A stretch of DNA of 64,000 bases. Source: a virus. Positions 13,902 through 24,291 of this stretch are shown piece after piece. Below the pieces are notes generated by a model. It was not told where the DNA came from and did not search any database. It saw only the letters and a program-made list of their open reading frames with translations. How positions within the stretch are numbered: position 1 is the stretch's first letter; each line of letters begins with the position of its first letter. The DNA lies in the IMG/VR virus record IMGVR_UViG_3300050120_000115, positions 1 through 64,000 of that record; one strand, written 5' to 3'. The position numbers and the translations under genes were made by a program.

Positions 13902-14216
13902 CTACTTTACTTCGGTACTTCCTACTACAGGTGGTGTTACAACTGGCGCTGGTGTGGGGGCCGGTGCCGGATTCGACTTCGGTTGGGGAAGAACTCCCAA
14001 TAGCCAGCCGAGTGACGGGAACTTCTTTTCCAACGCCGTAATCGCCGTGTAATACGCACCGGACGCTACGGGCACTAGAAGGGCTAGATAACCTGTATCA
14101 AAATGCCCTAGTTTAGTGGCTAACCATGCAAGTGCAGAACCAACTACCGCAGCCACGAAGGCGCGGAAAGTGTTACGTACAACAGTGGTTACGAGTGGAG
14201 TTGGGGTAGTTGTCAT
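13902..14216 (-). CDS. holin-like membrane protein
   Basis: two TM segments, AYY...LEKKFPSLGWLLG pattern resembling actinophage holins, Pro-rich tail. Confidence 0.6.
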   Translation of the reverse strand: MTTTPTPLVTTVVRNTFRAFVAAVVGSALAWLATKLGHFDTGYLALLVPVASGAYYTAITALEKKFPSLGWLLGVLPQPKSNPAPAPTPAPVVTPPVVGSTEVK

Positions 14217-14225
14217 ATGTAGAGT

Positions 14226-14254
14226 AGTGTAGCACATGTTTTCCTATTTGTCAA
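14226..14254 (-). promoter_or_regulatory. promoter heading the holin-like gene and tRNA array
   Basis: TTGACA-N17-TACACT with TGn. Confidence 0.8.
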
Positions 14255-14274
14255 GTGTTTAGACCTTCAAAGGC

Positions 14275-14303
14275 TTGATTTATTGTAGAAGTTGTGGTAC
14301 ACT
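14275..14303 (+). promoter_or_regulatory. divergent leaderless promoter
   Basis: TTGATT-N17-TACACT-N6-ATG. Confidence 0.7.
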
Positions 14304-14309
14304 TTTATT

Positions 14310-14702
14310 ATGCAGTCATTCTTAGATAAATATCGTAGAGGTAATGTGGCGGTCACGCTTGCCTATTCCCCTTCCCCCGAGCTAACTTTTATTGACGTAG
14401 GCGTTCCACATATAGTACCACTCTATCATAACTTTGATGTAAATAAACCTATAGGATCAGGAAGATTAGTAGCTCACGAGAACGGAATTTACACGATGTT
14501 CGAAATGACGCCAGCTATTAAGAGCGCTTTTCGAGATCTTCTTCAACGCGGAGAAATACCAAATGTGGTTTTTGCGGTAAGCGGAGGAGAACGAATGCAA
14601 AAAAATGGTGTAAACTTCGTTCACGGGGGAGCCATAACAGCAGCAAGTTTGTGTGACTTAAAAACAAAATCATCAGAGGAGGTGGCCAATGAGCCCGCTT
14701 GA
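14310..14702 (+). CDS. hypothetical protein (weak resemblance to prohead-protease fold)
   Basis: VPLYHNFDVNKPIG segment; otherwise unassigned. Confidence 0.5.
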   Translation: MQSFLDKYRRGNVAVTLAYSPSPELTFIDVGVPHIVPLYHNFDVNKPIGSGRLVAHENGIYTMFEMTPAIKSAFRDLLQRGEIPNVVFAVSGGERMQKNGVNFVHGGAITAASLCDLKTKSSEEVANEPA

Positions 14703-14913
14703 AATAGTAGCAATAGCTTACGGAGTAATAGTACTAGTTCTTATATGGAGAAATACCGTTCTCTGTAATCGTAAACGCGCACAAGTACTTATTGCCCATG
14801 GCACCAAGACTACCTTCGCTTCTTTCATTCCCCTAATCTTGGGCGAGGCTTTCTTTTGGCCAGTCCACGTTCTTTGGCGCGGGGCAAAAACCTTTATTGA
14901 GGAGCTTGAATAA
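14689..14913 (+). CDS. small membrane protein
   Basis: GGAGG RBS, hydrophobic. Confidence 0.65.
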   Translation: MSPLEIVAIAYGVIVLVLIWRNTVLCNRKRAQVLIAHGTKTTFASFIPLILGEAFFWPVHVLWRGAKTFIEELE

Positions 14914-15401
14914 TGACTACCGTAGGTGGCCCATGGGACGCTATACCAAAAAGTCCGTATACTAAGACATTAGAAGACTTGGTTTTCAATTCTCCTGCCT
15001 TTCCTGATTCGGAAAGTGTAGTTACTTGCCCACGTTGTAAAATAACCTTTAATCTTTCAGACACCATAATAACTTATGAAGAGATTTCAGAGCCGGGGAA
15101 GGCAACTACAGAAAAGACTACGGTACGAGCACTCATACGTCTAACTTCCCTGGAAGATTCTATTGAATATTCATGTGAGGTTTGCGGATATATGTGGAGC
15201 GGTGCAGCGCCAACCCTAGTTCCCATGGGGGGTCAACACCCCTTTCCGTTGGGACACGACTATTCAGATCTACCAACTACTATTTTTCATGAAGGGGAAG
15301 ATCGACCCATAGGATCTGCACATCCCCTGGTCAGCGACGAAAGTATTTTACGCATGGAAGACGAGGCTGCTTGGGCGTTGAGTACTATTCACGATGTCTA
15401 A
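14913..15401 (+). CDS. Zn-ribbon hypothetical protein
   Basis: CPRC...CEVCG. Confidence 0.65.
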   Translation: MTTVGGPWDAIPKSPYTKTLEDLVFNSPAFPDSESVVTCPRCKITFNLSDTIITYEEISEPGKATTEKTTVRALIRLTSLEDSIEYSCEVCGYMWSGAAPTLVPMGGQHPFPLGHDYSDLPTTIFHEGEDRPIGSAHPLVSDESILRMEDEAAWALSTIHDV

Positions 15402-15744
15402 ATCTCGCGCCAAGGGTACGGCGTATGAAAACCTGGTAAGGGACTTTCTTAAGGAAAACGGATTCCCCGAAGCCGAGCGAGAGTCTTTCTCCTCCGCGCT
15501 GGGGGACATAGCCAACTTACCTATGACCATTGAGTGTAAGTCGGTCGCCAAAATGACGTTACCGATTTGGTTAGAGCAGGTTGGAAAATCCTCTGCAAAA
15601 ACCGGGAAGCCGGGAGTGGTAGTGCATAAAAGGATACGTAAGAATGTATCTCAAAGTTACTGTACCATGGAATTATCCACCCTGGCACAAATACTTTTTG
15701 AGCTGAAGAACCTCCGATCAGCACATTTACATCCAAACACTTGA
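15394..15744 (+). CDS. Holliday junction resolvase (Hjc-like PD-(D/E)xK)
   Basis: KSRAKGTAYE...GDI...IECK...VVVHKR. Confidence 0.85.
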   Translation: MSKSRAKGTAYENLVRDFLKENGFPEAERESFSSALGDIANLPMTIECKSVAKMTLPIWLEQVGKSSAKTGKPGVVVHKRIRKNVSQSYCTMELSTLAQILFELKNLRSAHLHPNT

Positions 15745-15811
15745 CAAATGCCATAGTCGTATGATAGTCTAATACCAAGCTTAGAATTTCCTCCGATTCT
15801 TTATTAAAAGT

Positions 15812-16414
15812 TTGGAGAAAACAGTGGCTGTTGGTCTTAATCAGAGAGCGCAACAACGTCAAAAGCGCGTCTTAGAATCACTGGAAAATATCAATAAGTT
15901 TCTGGTAAAACTAAAAGAAGATCATTTAGAGGAACTGTTTCGTAGGGATCAAGTAGGTGTCGATACGTATGCTGCTTCTGGCACCGGCTCCTCCATCGTT
16001 GGTTTTAGCCGGGGCTCCAATTCAGAACTGACGCCTACAGAGCGCGCGGCTGAAAACAATGGGTTTAAAAAGAAACAATCAGACCCGGTTCGCGATGAGA
16101 CCAAAAAGATCGAACGTGATATATTCAAGGCAGAGGAATACCTGCGAATGGCCGCAGAGAGCCTTACCTTTCTCCGCTCCGGTGTCGAGAAAAAACGTGG
16201 GCGTGAGACTACGGCCCCCTGTGAGGCATGTGGTATCTTACCGATAAGCAAGACCGGCCTATGTAGCGAATGTTTTTTGGGATGGGCGGAAAACGGATAC
16301 CCGGATCGACAACGCTACATCAGCTACCTCAATGCTACCCGTAACTCCGAGGGCAAAATTCTTGTTACCGATTTACCCACGCCAAGATATATAAGTCAAA
16401 CACTTGACATTTAG
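15812..16414 (+). CDS. hypothetical protein with CxxC...CxxC
   Basis: 200 aa ORF after TTGACA promoter at 15741. Confidence 0.65.
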   Translation: MEKTVAVGLNQRAQQRQKRVLESLENINKFLVKLKEDHLEELFRRDQVGVDTYAASGTGSSIVGFSRGSNSELTPTERAAENNGFKKKQSDPVRDETKKIERDIFKAEEYLRMAAESLTFLRSGVEKKRGRETTAPCEACGILPISKTGLCSECFLGWAENGYPDRQRYISYLNATRNSEGKILVTDLPTPRYISQTLDI

Positions 16415-16632
16415 AAAAGTCGTGGTATTGTATGAATAAGATTTGTGATTTTTGCGCCTTGCCTGAACCGTGCCCGTGCTCCCCTTCGGAGAGTGACTTG
16501 AGATATTACGGTATGGAAGACTGGCAAATTGCTGCTCTAAAACGCCTTCCTCCCGATGTGCAATGGGAAGGTAAGTCAATGTTTGTGCGCTCTCTAATGT
16601 CCAATGAAGACACCGATTTTATGGGGTTTTAA

Positions 16633-16926
16633 GTGACAGAAGATCGAGACGATGCCTACTACGAAAAAGAATTTCAAGTAATGGCTGACGCCCACGACAT
16701 CATTGTGGGGCAGAATGAAATACAGTCCCGCATAATTATGGGCGATGCGGAGTACGAGAAGATCAAAGCGTTCAATGACACCAATGCAAGTCTAAACCTT
16801 TCTATGACTGCCGCTAGAATAGGACACGTTAATTCGATGTCCTTACTCCTACGCTGCGCAGCTTTTTCAATTAAGTTCCTTCCCGCGATACTCATTTTCG
16901 CTATTGTCCTATACTGGTTCCATTAA
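16633..16926 (+). CDS. hypothetical membrane-anchored protein
   Basis: coupled to terL, C-terminal TM. Confidence 0.55.
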   Translation: MTEDRDDAYYEKEFQVMADAHDIIVGQNEIQSRIIMGDAEYEKIKAFNDTNASLNLSMTAARIGHVNSMSLLLRCAAFSIKFLPAILIFAIVLYWFH

Positions 16927-18458
16927 TGGCCAACTTCGGTGATATCCTTTCACAGAACGTAATGCCTGCGAAGATTGATACGTTTGCTGCATTGGGATAT
17001 GTTCCCACTCCCAGACAGGCTGTTTTCCACGAGGCATCAAAAGCCGAAAGTGGTATATTTAGTATACTTTTCGGGGGTGCCATAGGCGGCGGAAAATCGG
17101 CAGCCATGCTTCACGACGCTATTTATAACGCCGTTAACTATCCTGGTATGAGAATTGCACTTGTTCGACGGTCTTATCCAGAACTTGAAGAATCCCTTAT
17201 AGCTCCCCTTCATGCTGAGTGGGGAAGTGCTAAAGCACTCGGAGCACGCTGGAATGGAACCAAGAAAACTCTTAGTTTTCCTAATGGTTCTATCATAAAC
17301 TTTGTTTATGCTGAGACCGTTCAGGATGTTACCAACATTCAGGGTGGACAATACCAGGCATTATATGTTGATGAGGGTGCTCTTATGCCACCCGCCGTTA
17401 TCCAGCAATTACAAGAACGCCTTCGTGGTGCAAGTAAACTCATTCCTATCATTGGGATTCGTATTAGTTCGAACCCCGGTGGGGCGGCTCACAAGTACCT
17501 TAAAGATCGTTTCATTACACCGACTCAAAAGGGAAAATTAGCATTTGCTAAAGAACCTATTGGGAAAACTGGTCGTACTCGTAAAGTCGCCTTTATAAAA
17601 TCTCAACTTTCAGATAATCCTCATCTTAATGAAGATTATGTTGATGTAGTAGACAGCATCGAAGATCCACAGCGCCGTAAGGCCATGCGTGATGGTGACT
17701 GGGACGCAATGGTCGGACAGTTCTTCATGCAATGGGATAGCAGACGCCACGTAGTTAAGTCTTTTGAGATTTCTCAGGACTGGCAACGCTATGCTGGAAT
17801 TGACTATGGAACACTAGACCCATTCGCCTGCGTTTGGGTAGCCCCCGATCCTGACGGAAGAATGTGGGTGTATCGAGAGATATCTGCCCCCGGACTTCAA
17901 GCTCGTGACCAGGCAAGATACATTCTGGACGCGGAGAAGAGTGCTGGTGAGACTAGTGTTATCAGAGTTGCCGACCCTTCAATGTGGGGCAACAACGGTA
18001 CACCGCTTTCTATAGCTGACTCTTATGGCCTAGAGGGTTGCGGAATCTACAAGGCCGACCACGACCGTACTAACGGTTGGTCACTCTGCCACCAATATCT
18101 TAACGAGGGTCCAGCCTGTCCCATCCACCGTGCCAAGGGCTGGGATACTTGCCCGATGGTTCACGTTTTTGAAGATAAGTGCCCAATGTTCATCGAACAG
18201 ATTCCAGCACTCACTCGTAACCCATTGAAACCAGAAGATGCGGCTACCCTTAACGTCGAAGACCACATTGCTGATGCATGGCGTTATGTATGCATGGCAG
18301 TTGGTACATTTGCTAGACCAGTTCTTTATGACGATTATCCCCTCTCCGGCGACCCCTCTACAAAAGAGATAGAAGAAGACCAACCTATCAGACCGGCTAA
18401 GACCTACGACCAATTATTCGGCGGCAACTGGGACAGCCCCTTCAAAGAGAGATACTAA
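16926..18458 (+). CDS. terL: terminase large subunit
   Basis: Walker A GGAIGGGKS, Walker B LYVDE, SSNPGG, nuclease GIDYG and EDHIADAWRY. Confidence 0.95.
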   Translation: MANFGDILSQNVMPAKIDTFAALGYVPTPRQAVFHEASKAESGIFSILFGGAIGGGKSAAMLHDAIYNAVNYPGMRIALVRRSYPELEESLIAPLHAEWGSAKALGARWNGTKKTLSFPNGSIINFVYAETVQDVTNIQGGQYQALYVDEGALMPPAVIQQLQERLRGASKLIPIIGIRISSNPGGAAHKYLKDRFITPTQKGKLAFAKEPIGKTGRTRKVAFIKSQLSDNPHLNEDYVDVVDSIEDPQRRKAMRDGDWDAMVGQFFMQWDSRRHVVKSFEISQDWQRYAGIDYGTLDPFACVWVAPDPDGRMWVYREISAPGLQARDQARYILDAEKSAGETSVIRVADPSMWGNNGTPLSIADSYGLEGCGIYKADHDRTNGWSLCHQYLNEGPACPIHRAKGWDTCPMVHVFEDKCPMFIEQIPALTRNPLKPEDAATLNVEDHIADAWRYVCMAVGTFARPVLYDDYPLSGDPSTKEIEEDQPIRPAKTYDQLFGGNWDSPFKERY

Positions 18459-20036
18459 ATGGCTGTCTCATCCTTGATGCGTGCGTTTGACGAAATTAAT
18501 AGTGGCGCTGAATCGTTCGCCATTGAAGAGGGCCGTAAGAAGTCTGATCCCGCTCGCGGCGGATTCATGGTTGGTGTCCCTATCGGGGGATCAAACGAAT
18601 ACAACTCTGGTGAGTCGGGCAACTCTGGTCCAATGGACCGCGCTTCCTTCATGGAGACAATGCAGCAGTCATATATGACTTGCACCTGGTCTTCAGCTGC
18701 CGTAGATGCTATCGCTCGAACTGCTACTGCTGGCGGTATCGAGGTTGTTCCAGTAACTGGAGTATATTCAGATCTAGAACAGCCTGAAGCAACTTCAGAA
18801 GTAAAAAACGTTCAAAATCTCTTTGATTATGTAAATCCTTATCAGGATATACGTCAGTTGATGCGTGGAGTGGCCACCGACCTATTGGTGTTTGGCGACT
18901 CCTTTACTGAAGTGGTATGGTCCAGAATGGGTGAGCCTGTTGCTCTATATTCTCTTGACCCTACTACAATTACCATTCTGGCCGACGAGCACGGAATGAT
19001 AAAAGGTTATTACCAAAAGACGAAGACTAATCGCGAAGCATGGTTCCAACCAAAAGAAGTTATTCACGTTAAGTATGACTCTCCAGGTGACACCTTGTAT
19101 GGAGTATCACCTACTCAAAAGGCCATCCTTCCTATTACGACGTGGCTATTCGCTTCAGCACTGCTAAAGGAAACCTACAAACGCGGAGATCCTCTACGTG
19201 CCTGGGTTGACTGGCCGATTGCATTGCCCGAATCTGAAATGAAGAAGTTCCAGCAGCAGTACAACATTCGTAACCTTGGTGTAAAGAACATTGGAAACTT
19301 GTTCGAAACCAAGGGTGGCGCTGTTGTTAAGGAGCTTGGTGCGAACCAGATCTCCTTCTGGCTGCAAACCCTTCAAGAGCGACGTGACGAAATTCTTTCC
19401 GCCTACGGAATCCCACCTTCTAAGGTTGGAGTTATTGAGGCTGGAAATATTGGTGGCGGAACTGGCTCAAGCCAGGACCGTACATATCGCATTAACACCA
19501 TTGGTCCTTTACAGGAATTGATCCTTGAAAAGTTCTCATTTGCTTTAATGTACCAAGCCTACGGTGTCAAAGACTGGACTATTAAGTTCGGTGTTGTTGA
19601 CTGGCGTGATGACATGGTTATTGAGCAGATTCGTGACCTCCGTATTCGTAATGGTAGCTGGGTTCTTAATCGTGCCCGTGCCGATATTGGTGAGCCTCCT
19701 GTTGATGGTGGCAATGACCCAGTACTGATCGACCGTCAGAATATGGTTCTGTGGGAAGATCTTAACGATCTGTCGAAGGCCAATCTTGCTGCTGCTCAGG
19801 CTCAGTCTGCTCCTAATGATGGAACTGGTACTCCGGCCCTAAAGCCCACTACTTCCGCGACCGGGAAAAACAGCATGAAGGCCCCGGTTACCAATCCAGG
19901 TGCTATAAAGCCAAAGCTCGGACAAAAAGCTACAGCCCAAAAGGCTCCAAAAGCTCCTAACGGAACAGAGTCATTTGATGAAGACGACGGAGACTACATC
20001 TACCACGATAACGGATCAAGAACCAGAAAATCTTGA
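18459..20036 (+). CDS. portal protein
   Basis: follows terL; DLLVFGDSF, LDPTTI, EVIHVK, LYGVSP, ILSAYGIPP, NRARADIG.PP..GG. Confidence 0.92.
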   Translation: MAVSSLMRAFDEINSGAESFAIEEGRKKSDPARGGFMVGVPIGGSNEYNSGESGNSGPMDRASFMETMQQSYMTCTWSSAAVDAIARTATAGGIEVVPVTGVYSDLEQPEATSEVKNVQNLFDYVNPYQDIRQLMRGVATDLLVFGDSFTEVVWSRMGEPVALYSLDPTTITILADEHGMIKGYYQKTKTNREAWFQPKEVIHVKYDSPGDTLYGVSPTQKAILPITTWLFASALLKETYKRGDPLRAWVDWPIALPESEMKKFQQQYNIRNLGVKNIGNLFETKGGAVVKELGANQISFWLQTLQERRDEILSAYGIPPSKVGVIEAGNIGGGTGSSQDRTYRINTIGPLQELILEKFSFALMYQAYGVKDWTIKFGVVDWRDDMVIEQIRDLRIRNGSWVLNRARADIGEPPVDGGNDPVLIDRQNMVLWEDLNDLSKANLAAAQAQSAPNDGTGTPALKPTTSATGKNSMKAPVTNPGAIKPKLGQKATAQKAPKAPNGTESFDEDDGDYIYHDNGSRTRKS

Positions 20037-20142
20037 TAGCGAAGCATTAATGGGTGTCTCTTTAACCTCTTCGTACAATACATTTTCTGGATTGACTGCA
20101 TCCAAAGCCTCCGCTCTGGTTTCTAAGTCGATTGGTTAACTC

Positions 20143-20574
20143 GTGGTAACAAGAGATTACTACCAGTTGTTGGCCTACAGATTCTCTCATCAGGAAAAGA
20201 AACTAGCTGCTAAAGATGCCCGTGCAACCAAGTCTCGTGCTGAAGTAAAAACTGGTTACCATACTGTGGCGCAGAAAATTCGTGCTGCCGATGACCGTGC
20301 GATGCGTGATGATTATATCAACAGCGCTAAGGGTCACGTTCTGGGCGGCAAGTGGATGCATTACGATGCTAAGCGCAAGCCCACCTTTCATCATATGACT
20401 GGTAGGAACCGAAAGTTCATATCTGAAATTTCCCCTGGGAGATTCGATATGCGCACTTCTTGGGGCAAGGCTCGCCATTCTAGTGGGTTTCACAAGATCC
20501 TTAAGCCTCGTAAAAAGAAGCTTCTTCATTTGAAGGACTGGCGCAAGAGCGGCAACTTCATAATTCCTAAATAG
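20143..20574 (+). CDS. highly basic hypothetical protein
   Basis: K/R/H-rich ORF between portal and protease. Confidence 0.6.
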   Translation: MVTRDYYQLLAYRFSHQEKKLAAKDARATKSRAEVKTGYHTVAQKIRAADDRAMRDDYINSAKGHVLGGKWMHYDAKRKPTFHHMTGRNRKFISEISPGRFDMRTSWGKARHSSGFHKILKPRKKKLLHLKDWRKSGNFIIPK

Positions 20575-20590
20575 TTCTCAAGGAGACCGC

Positions 20591-22330
20591 GTGACAAAAT
20601 CCGCGACCACAGCTGCCGTTGTAAAGGGCACCTTTCTCCGCCCCGGAGTTTCCAAAAATAAGCGTCTTTATACGACGGAAAATATCGGAAAAGCCGTGAC
20701 GCGAATGCAGGAGGCTATAAAAAGCCCCACTGGATTACCAATTACTATGGCCACTAGTCACGCTGCCGCCTATGGCGATGATGCGAATGCTACTGTTGGT
20801 CGTGTTACCAAGGTTCTGCAAAGAACTGATGGTTCAGCCTACTTCGAAGCCGACATCGCCAATACCACTAATGGTCGAGATGTGGCCGTTGGCACTGTAG
20901 GCAAGTTCGTGAAAGGCATCTCTATCCGTGGTGGGTGGATGAGCCAGCCTAAGTATGCCGAAGGCGATGATGGTGTAGTTACTGCTGATGACATGGCTGT
21001 TGTCGGTATTGACTTTACTTCTCGCCCCGGCGTAGAGGGCGCTCAAATTGAGAGCGCTAATTTTGTAGAATCGTATGACGGTGGAATGTCTGACATATTC
21101 TTTGAGTCAATTGACGAAGCAGAGATTACAGAACTCTTCAATGAAGAGACTCCGGAAGAAGAGAAGTCTCGTCTAATCAAGGAAGCCGTTAATGAGGCTG
21201 TAAGTTTAGTCCTGGAAAAGGACTCTGCTGAACCTTACGGCGATGTTAAATATGCTGATCCTGGCTATCAATCTGACAAAAAGAAGCGCTATCCAATCGA
21301 TACCGAGAAGCACGTTCGTGCTGCCTGGGCCTACATCAATGTTGCCTCTAATGCTTCTGCCTATACCTCCGCTCAGTTAAGTCGAGTTAAGTCTCGTATT
21401 AAGAGTGCGGCAAAGAAACTGGGGATTAACGTTACCGAAGAGTTTAACTCTATGGTATCTGACCTTCAGGGGATTCTAGAAGATTACGCATCAATGAGTA
21501 TTTACAATGGCGCTGGAAGCGTAAGTATCTCTGGTTCTACCGATGATGCTGGAAAGTTGGCTGCAGTAGCTATGCGCGTAGCCGCTTCTGCCATTATTGC
21601 CCTTAATGCACTTGACCCTGACGCCGATGGAGATATAGATCTCGCTGGTGGGGACTCAAGTGACAGTGATAGCGACGAGAGTTCCAACTCTCAATGCCTA
21701 CTTTGTGACGGTCCCTTAGCGGACGGAAACATGTATTGCCCCACTTGTGGAGCACCCGTACCAACGGCGGAGTCGATTGACGACGCCCTTATCCAGACCA
21801 ACAAGGAGGAAGCCATGACGGCTCCCATCGAAAAGACTGCCGAAGAGTTGGCTGCGGAGACTGCTGCCACTGAGTCAGTCGTAACTGCTGCCCCTGAGGC
21901 CCAAGACATCAACAAGATAGTTGCAGAAGCCGTAGCTGCTGCCCTAGCCGCCGACAAGGCTGCTCAGGCCGCTGCCGTTGCCGAAGCCGCAGAACAGGCT
22001 GCTGCCGCAGAGGCCGCTGCTGTCGCTGAAGCATCTAAGCCACAACTTCTTACTATCGAAGAGGCAACCGCTATGGCCGTTGCCGCCGCCAAGTCCGCTG
22101 TTACTGAGGCCCAGGCTATTGCCAAGGCTGAGTACGAAGCCGCTCCTACCCGCAAGGGTGTAGTTGGTTCCAACATCGGAGCTGTGCTAACCCGTGACGA
22201 CACGCTCGAAGAGTCTGAGCTAGCCAAGCTAGATGCTACCTCTTTCCGCCGTATCGCTGGTGCAGCATGGGCACTCCAGCCCAACTGGAACCGCAAGTTG
22301 GCTCAGGCCGACGCTGCTAACGGTTACTAG
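20591..22330 (+). CDS. capsid maturation protease / DUF6582-like / Zn-ribbon / scaffold fusion
   Basis: PGVSKNKRLY, GISIRG, IDFTSRPG; YADPGY..KKRYPIDTEKHVRAAWAYIN; CLLC..CPTCG; Ala/Glu-rich C-terminus. Confidence 0.8.
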   Translation: MTKSATTAAVVKGTFLRPGVSKNKRLYTTENIGKAVTRMQEAIKSPTGLPITMATSHAAAYGDDANATVGRVTKVLQRTDGSAYFEADIANTTNGRDVAVGTVGKFVKGISIRGGWMSQPKYAEGDDGVVTADDMAVVGIDFTSRPGVEGAQIESANFVESYDGGMSDIFFESIDEAEITELFNEETPEEEKSRLIKEAVNEAVSLVLEKDSAEPYGDVKYADPGYQSDKKKRYPIDTEKHVRAAWAYINVASNASAYTSAQLSRVKSRIKSAAKKLGINVTEEFNSMVSDLQGILEDYASMSIYNGAGSVSISGSTDDAGKLAAVAMRVAASAIIALNALDPDADGDIDLAGGDSSDSDSDESSNSQCLLCDGPLADGNMYCPTCGAPVPTAESIDDALIQTNKEEAMTAPIEKTAEELAAETAATESVVTAAPEAQDINKIVAEAVAAALAADKAAQAAAVAEAAEQAAAAEAAAVAEASKPQLLTIEEATAMAVAAAKSAVTEAQAIAKAEYEAAPTRKGVVGSNIGAVLTRDDTLEESELAKLDATSFRRIAGAAWALQPNWNRKLAQADAANGY

Positions 22331-22374
22331 AAGTACTCGACTCTAACAATTTCTAACAACAAGGATAGCCTATA

Positions 22375-23889
22375 ATGACTACTGAACTACAAGAAGCCTT
22401 AACAGCTGCGGGCGCTGCCGCCCTCGTTGCTAAGCAAATTGACCCCGTATTGCTTGAATACCAGCGCCGTTACGCGCCGTTGGTTCGCGCACTACCTTCC
22501 GAGAAGTGGGACTCAACGGTCTACTACTTCAACAAGCGTACTGTTAACCCAGCCGGTGGATTCGTTACCGATGGTGGCGCTCGCCCAGTTACGACTTCTA
22601 CTTATGTCCAGGAGAACTTCCAGTTGAAGCAGCTCCAGGTTGTTGGTGCTGTCACTGGTTACGCCCAGGCAGTTACGTCTAAGTCGATTGGTGACATTCG
22701 TGCCTCAGAAATTGAGGGTGCGGCCACTGGTCTGTACTGGGACATCGAGACAGCTGTGCTTTGGGGTGCAGCTACGCCTACCGTTAATGGGGCTGCTCCG
22801 CAGTTCGACGGTCTAGACGTCATCTGTTCATCGTTCTCTTCTGCTTCAACCGGTGGCCCTAACCAGGGTGTCGGCGGCGGAGGAATCGACAACTACGGTG
22901 GTGCCTCAACTTGGGGTGCTCCAGTATTCAGCCCATGGGTTGATGGAATCGACCAGAACGTTATTGACGGTGGTGGAAGCTACCTGTCCTACGGTCTGAT
23001 GGACCTTTCTATCGACCTAGTTGAGCAGAACGCTGCGCAGCCTATCATGGGTGACCAGTGGATGTTCGTAGCTTCGCCTACGGCTATCTCTCGCTTGGCT
23101 CAGTTGTCGTTGATTAATCAGCGCTTCGTGAGCACTGTTGAGATCTCTCCAGGACTTATCTGTGACACCTACAAGGGTATTCCTCTTGTGAAGTCAACAT
23201 TCCTGTCAGCCCGTAGCAACGTTATGGGAACCGTCGTAGCAACCGCCAACGGTACTGGTACGCTTAATGCTCAGTACTTCTACCGCGTTGCTCCAGTCAT
23301 TGCCCGTTTTGGTGAAATTCAGGCTTCAGTCGAAGTAAATGCCACGCCTTCAACGGCTGGTGTATCCTTGACCTACACCTACCCAAGCGGCCCTGAGGGT
23401 TCTCAGCCTACGCACTTCAAGGTATACCGTGGCACAGCTACCGGTGCCGAGACGTTGCTGGGTTACGTTGACGGAACCTTCCTGGACTCCTCTTCGGTCC
23501 AATGGAACACGACGAAGATCTTTGACAACGGAACCACACTAGTTGCCTACAACGGCACCAACGTGCAGGCAACTCCGCCTTCAACCTACGTGTACACTAA
23601 CTCTGGCCTTAAGCCTTTGAGCGCCGGTACTGAGAACATCTACCTTATCTCGCGTGATGCGAACAACATTGTTCGTCCTTACGTTCGTGAGATGCGTACT
23701 ATCGATCTGTACCCAACCACTTCATCGCCTGACAGCTTGCCGTTCGCCTTCGTGACGGACTGCACCCTGGCTGTTCGTGCCACTAAGTGGATTGGCCGTA
23801 TCGCTAACGTCATTTGCGCCCTGGACAAGACTGCTGGAGCGGGCTACAACCCAACCCAAGCTTGGTCACCCAGCTACGTAACTGAATAG
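22375..23889 (+). CDS. major capsid protein with internal beta-rich insertion
   Basis: position after scaffold; E...LWG...FDGL motif of HK97-fold MCPs; followed by terminator. Confidence 0.85.
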   Translation: MTTELQEALTAAGAAALVAKQIDPVLLEYQRRYAPLVRALPSEKWDSTVYYFNKRTVNPAGGFVTDGGARPVTTSTYVQENFQLKQLQVVGAVTGYAQAVTSKSIGDIRASEIEGAATGLYWDIETAVLWGAATPTVNGAAPQFDGLDVICSSFSSASTGGPNQGVGGGGIDNYGGASTWGAPVFSPWVDGIDQNVIDGGGSYLSYGLMDLSIDLVEQNAAQPIMGDQWMFVASPTAISRLAQLSLINQRFVSTVEISPGLICDTYKGIPLVKSTFLSARSNVMGTVVATANGTGTLNAQYFYRVAPVIARFGEIQASVEVNATPSTAGVSLTYTYPSGPEGSQPTHFKVYRGTATGAETLLGYVDGTFLDSSSVQWNTTKIFDNGTTLVAYNGTNVQATPPSTYVYTNSGLKPLSAGTENIYLISRDANNIVRPYVREMRTIDLYPTTSSPDSLPFAFVTDCTLAVRATKWIGRIANVICALDKTAGAGYNPTQAWSPSYVTE

Positions 23890-23905
23890 TCGGTAGTTAC
23901 TTTCT

Positions 23906-23950
23906 AAAGCTGGCGGGGAGTGCCCATTCCTCCACCTCCCCGCCAGCTTT
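23906..23950 (+). terminator. intrinsic terminator
   Basis: AAAGCTGGCGGGGAG...CTCCCCGCCAGCTTT. Confidence 0.8.
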
Positions 23951-23975
23951 GGTTTATTGAACGAAAGAGGAATAT

Positions 23976-24284
23976 ATGGGAAAGACAGTATTACTTGCCA
24001 AAACGGAACCAGGATCTGCTCCTGGAGTTAATTGGGAAGTAGGAGGCGAGGACGGCGCTCAAGAAGTTGAGACTCGTTACGCTGATCACCTACTGGGCAT
24101 TACCGGCAACGACTTTTTTGTCGTGCAGCCAAAAGAAAAGAAGGCTGAAAAGCCCGCAAAAACCGAAGAGCCGGTAAAGCCAGAATCAAAGGTGGCTAAG
24201 AAAAAGCCGGAGCCAGCAACTGACGACGATCTCACTGAGGCCCTTAAGGTTGCTAACAGCAATACGCAACAGTCAAAGGAATAA
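23976..24284 (+). CDS. head-associated hypothetical protein
   Basis: GAGG RBS, K/E/P-rich tail, follows MCP. Confidence 0.65.
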   Translation: MGKTVLLAKTEPGSAPGVNWEVGGEDGAQEVETRYADHLLGITGNDFFVVQPKEKKAEKPAKTEEPVKPESKVAKKKPEPATDDDLTEALKVANSNTQQSKE

Positions 24285-24291
24285 GTAAACT

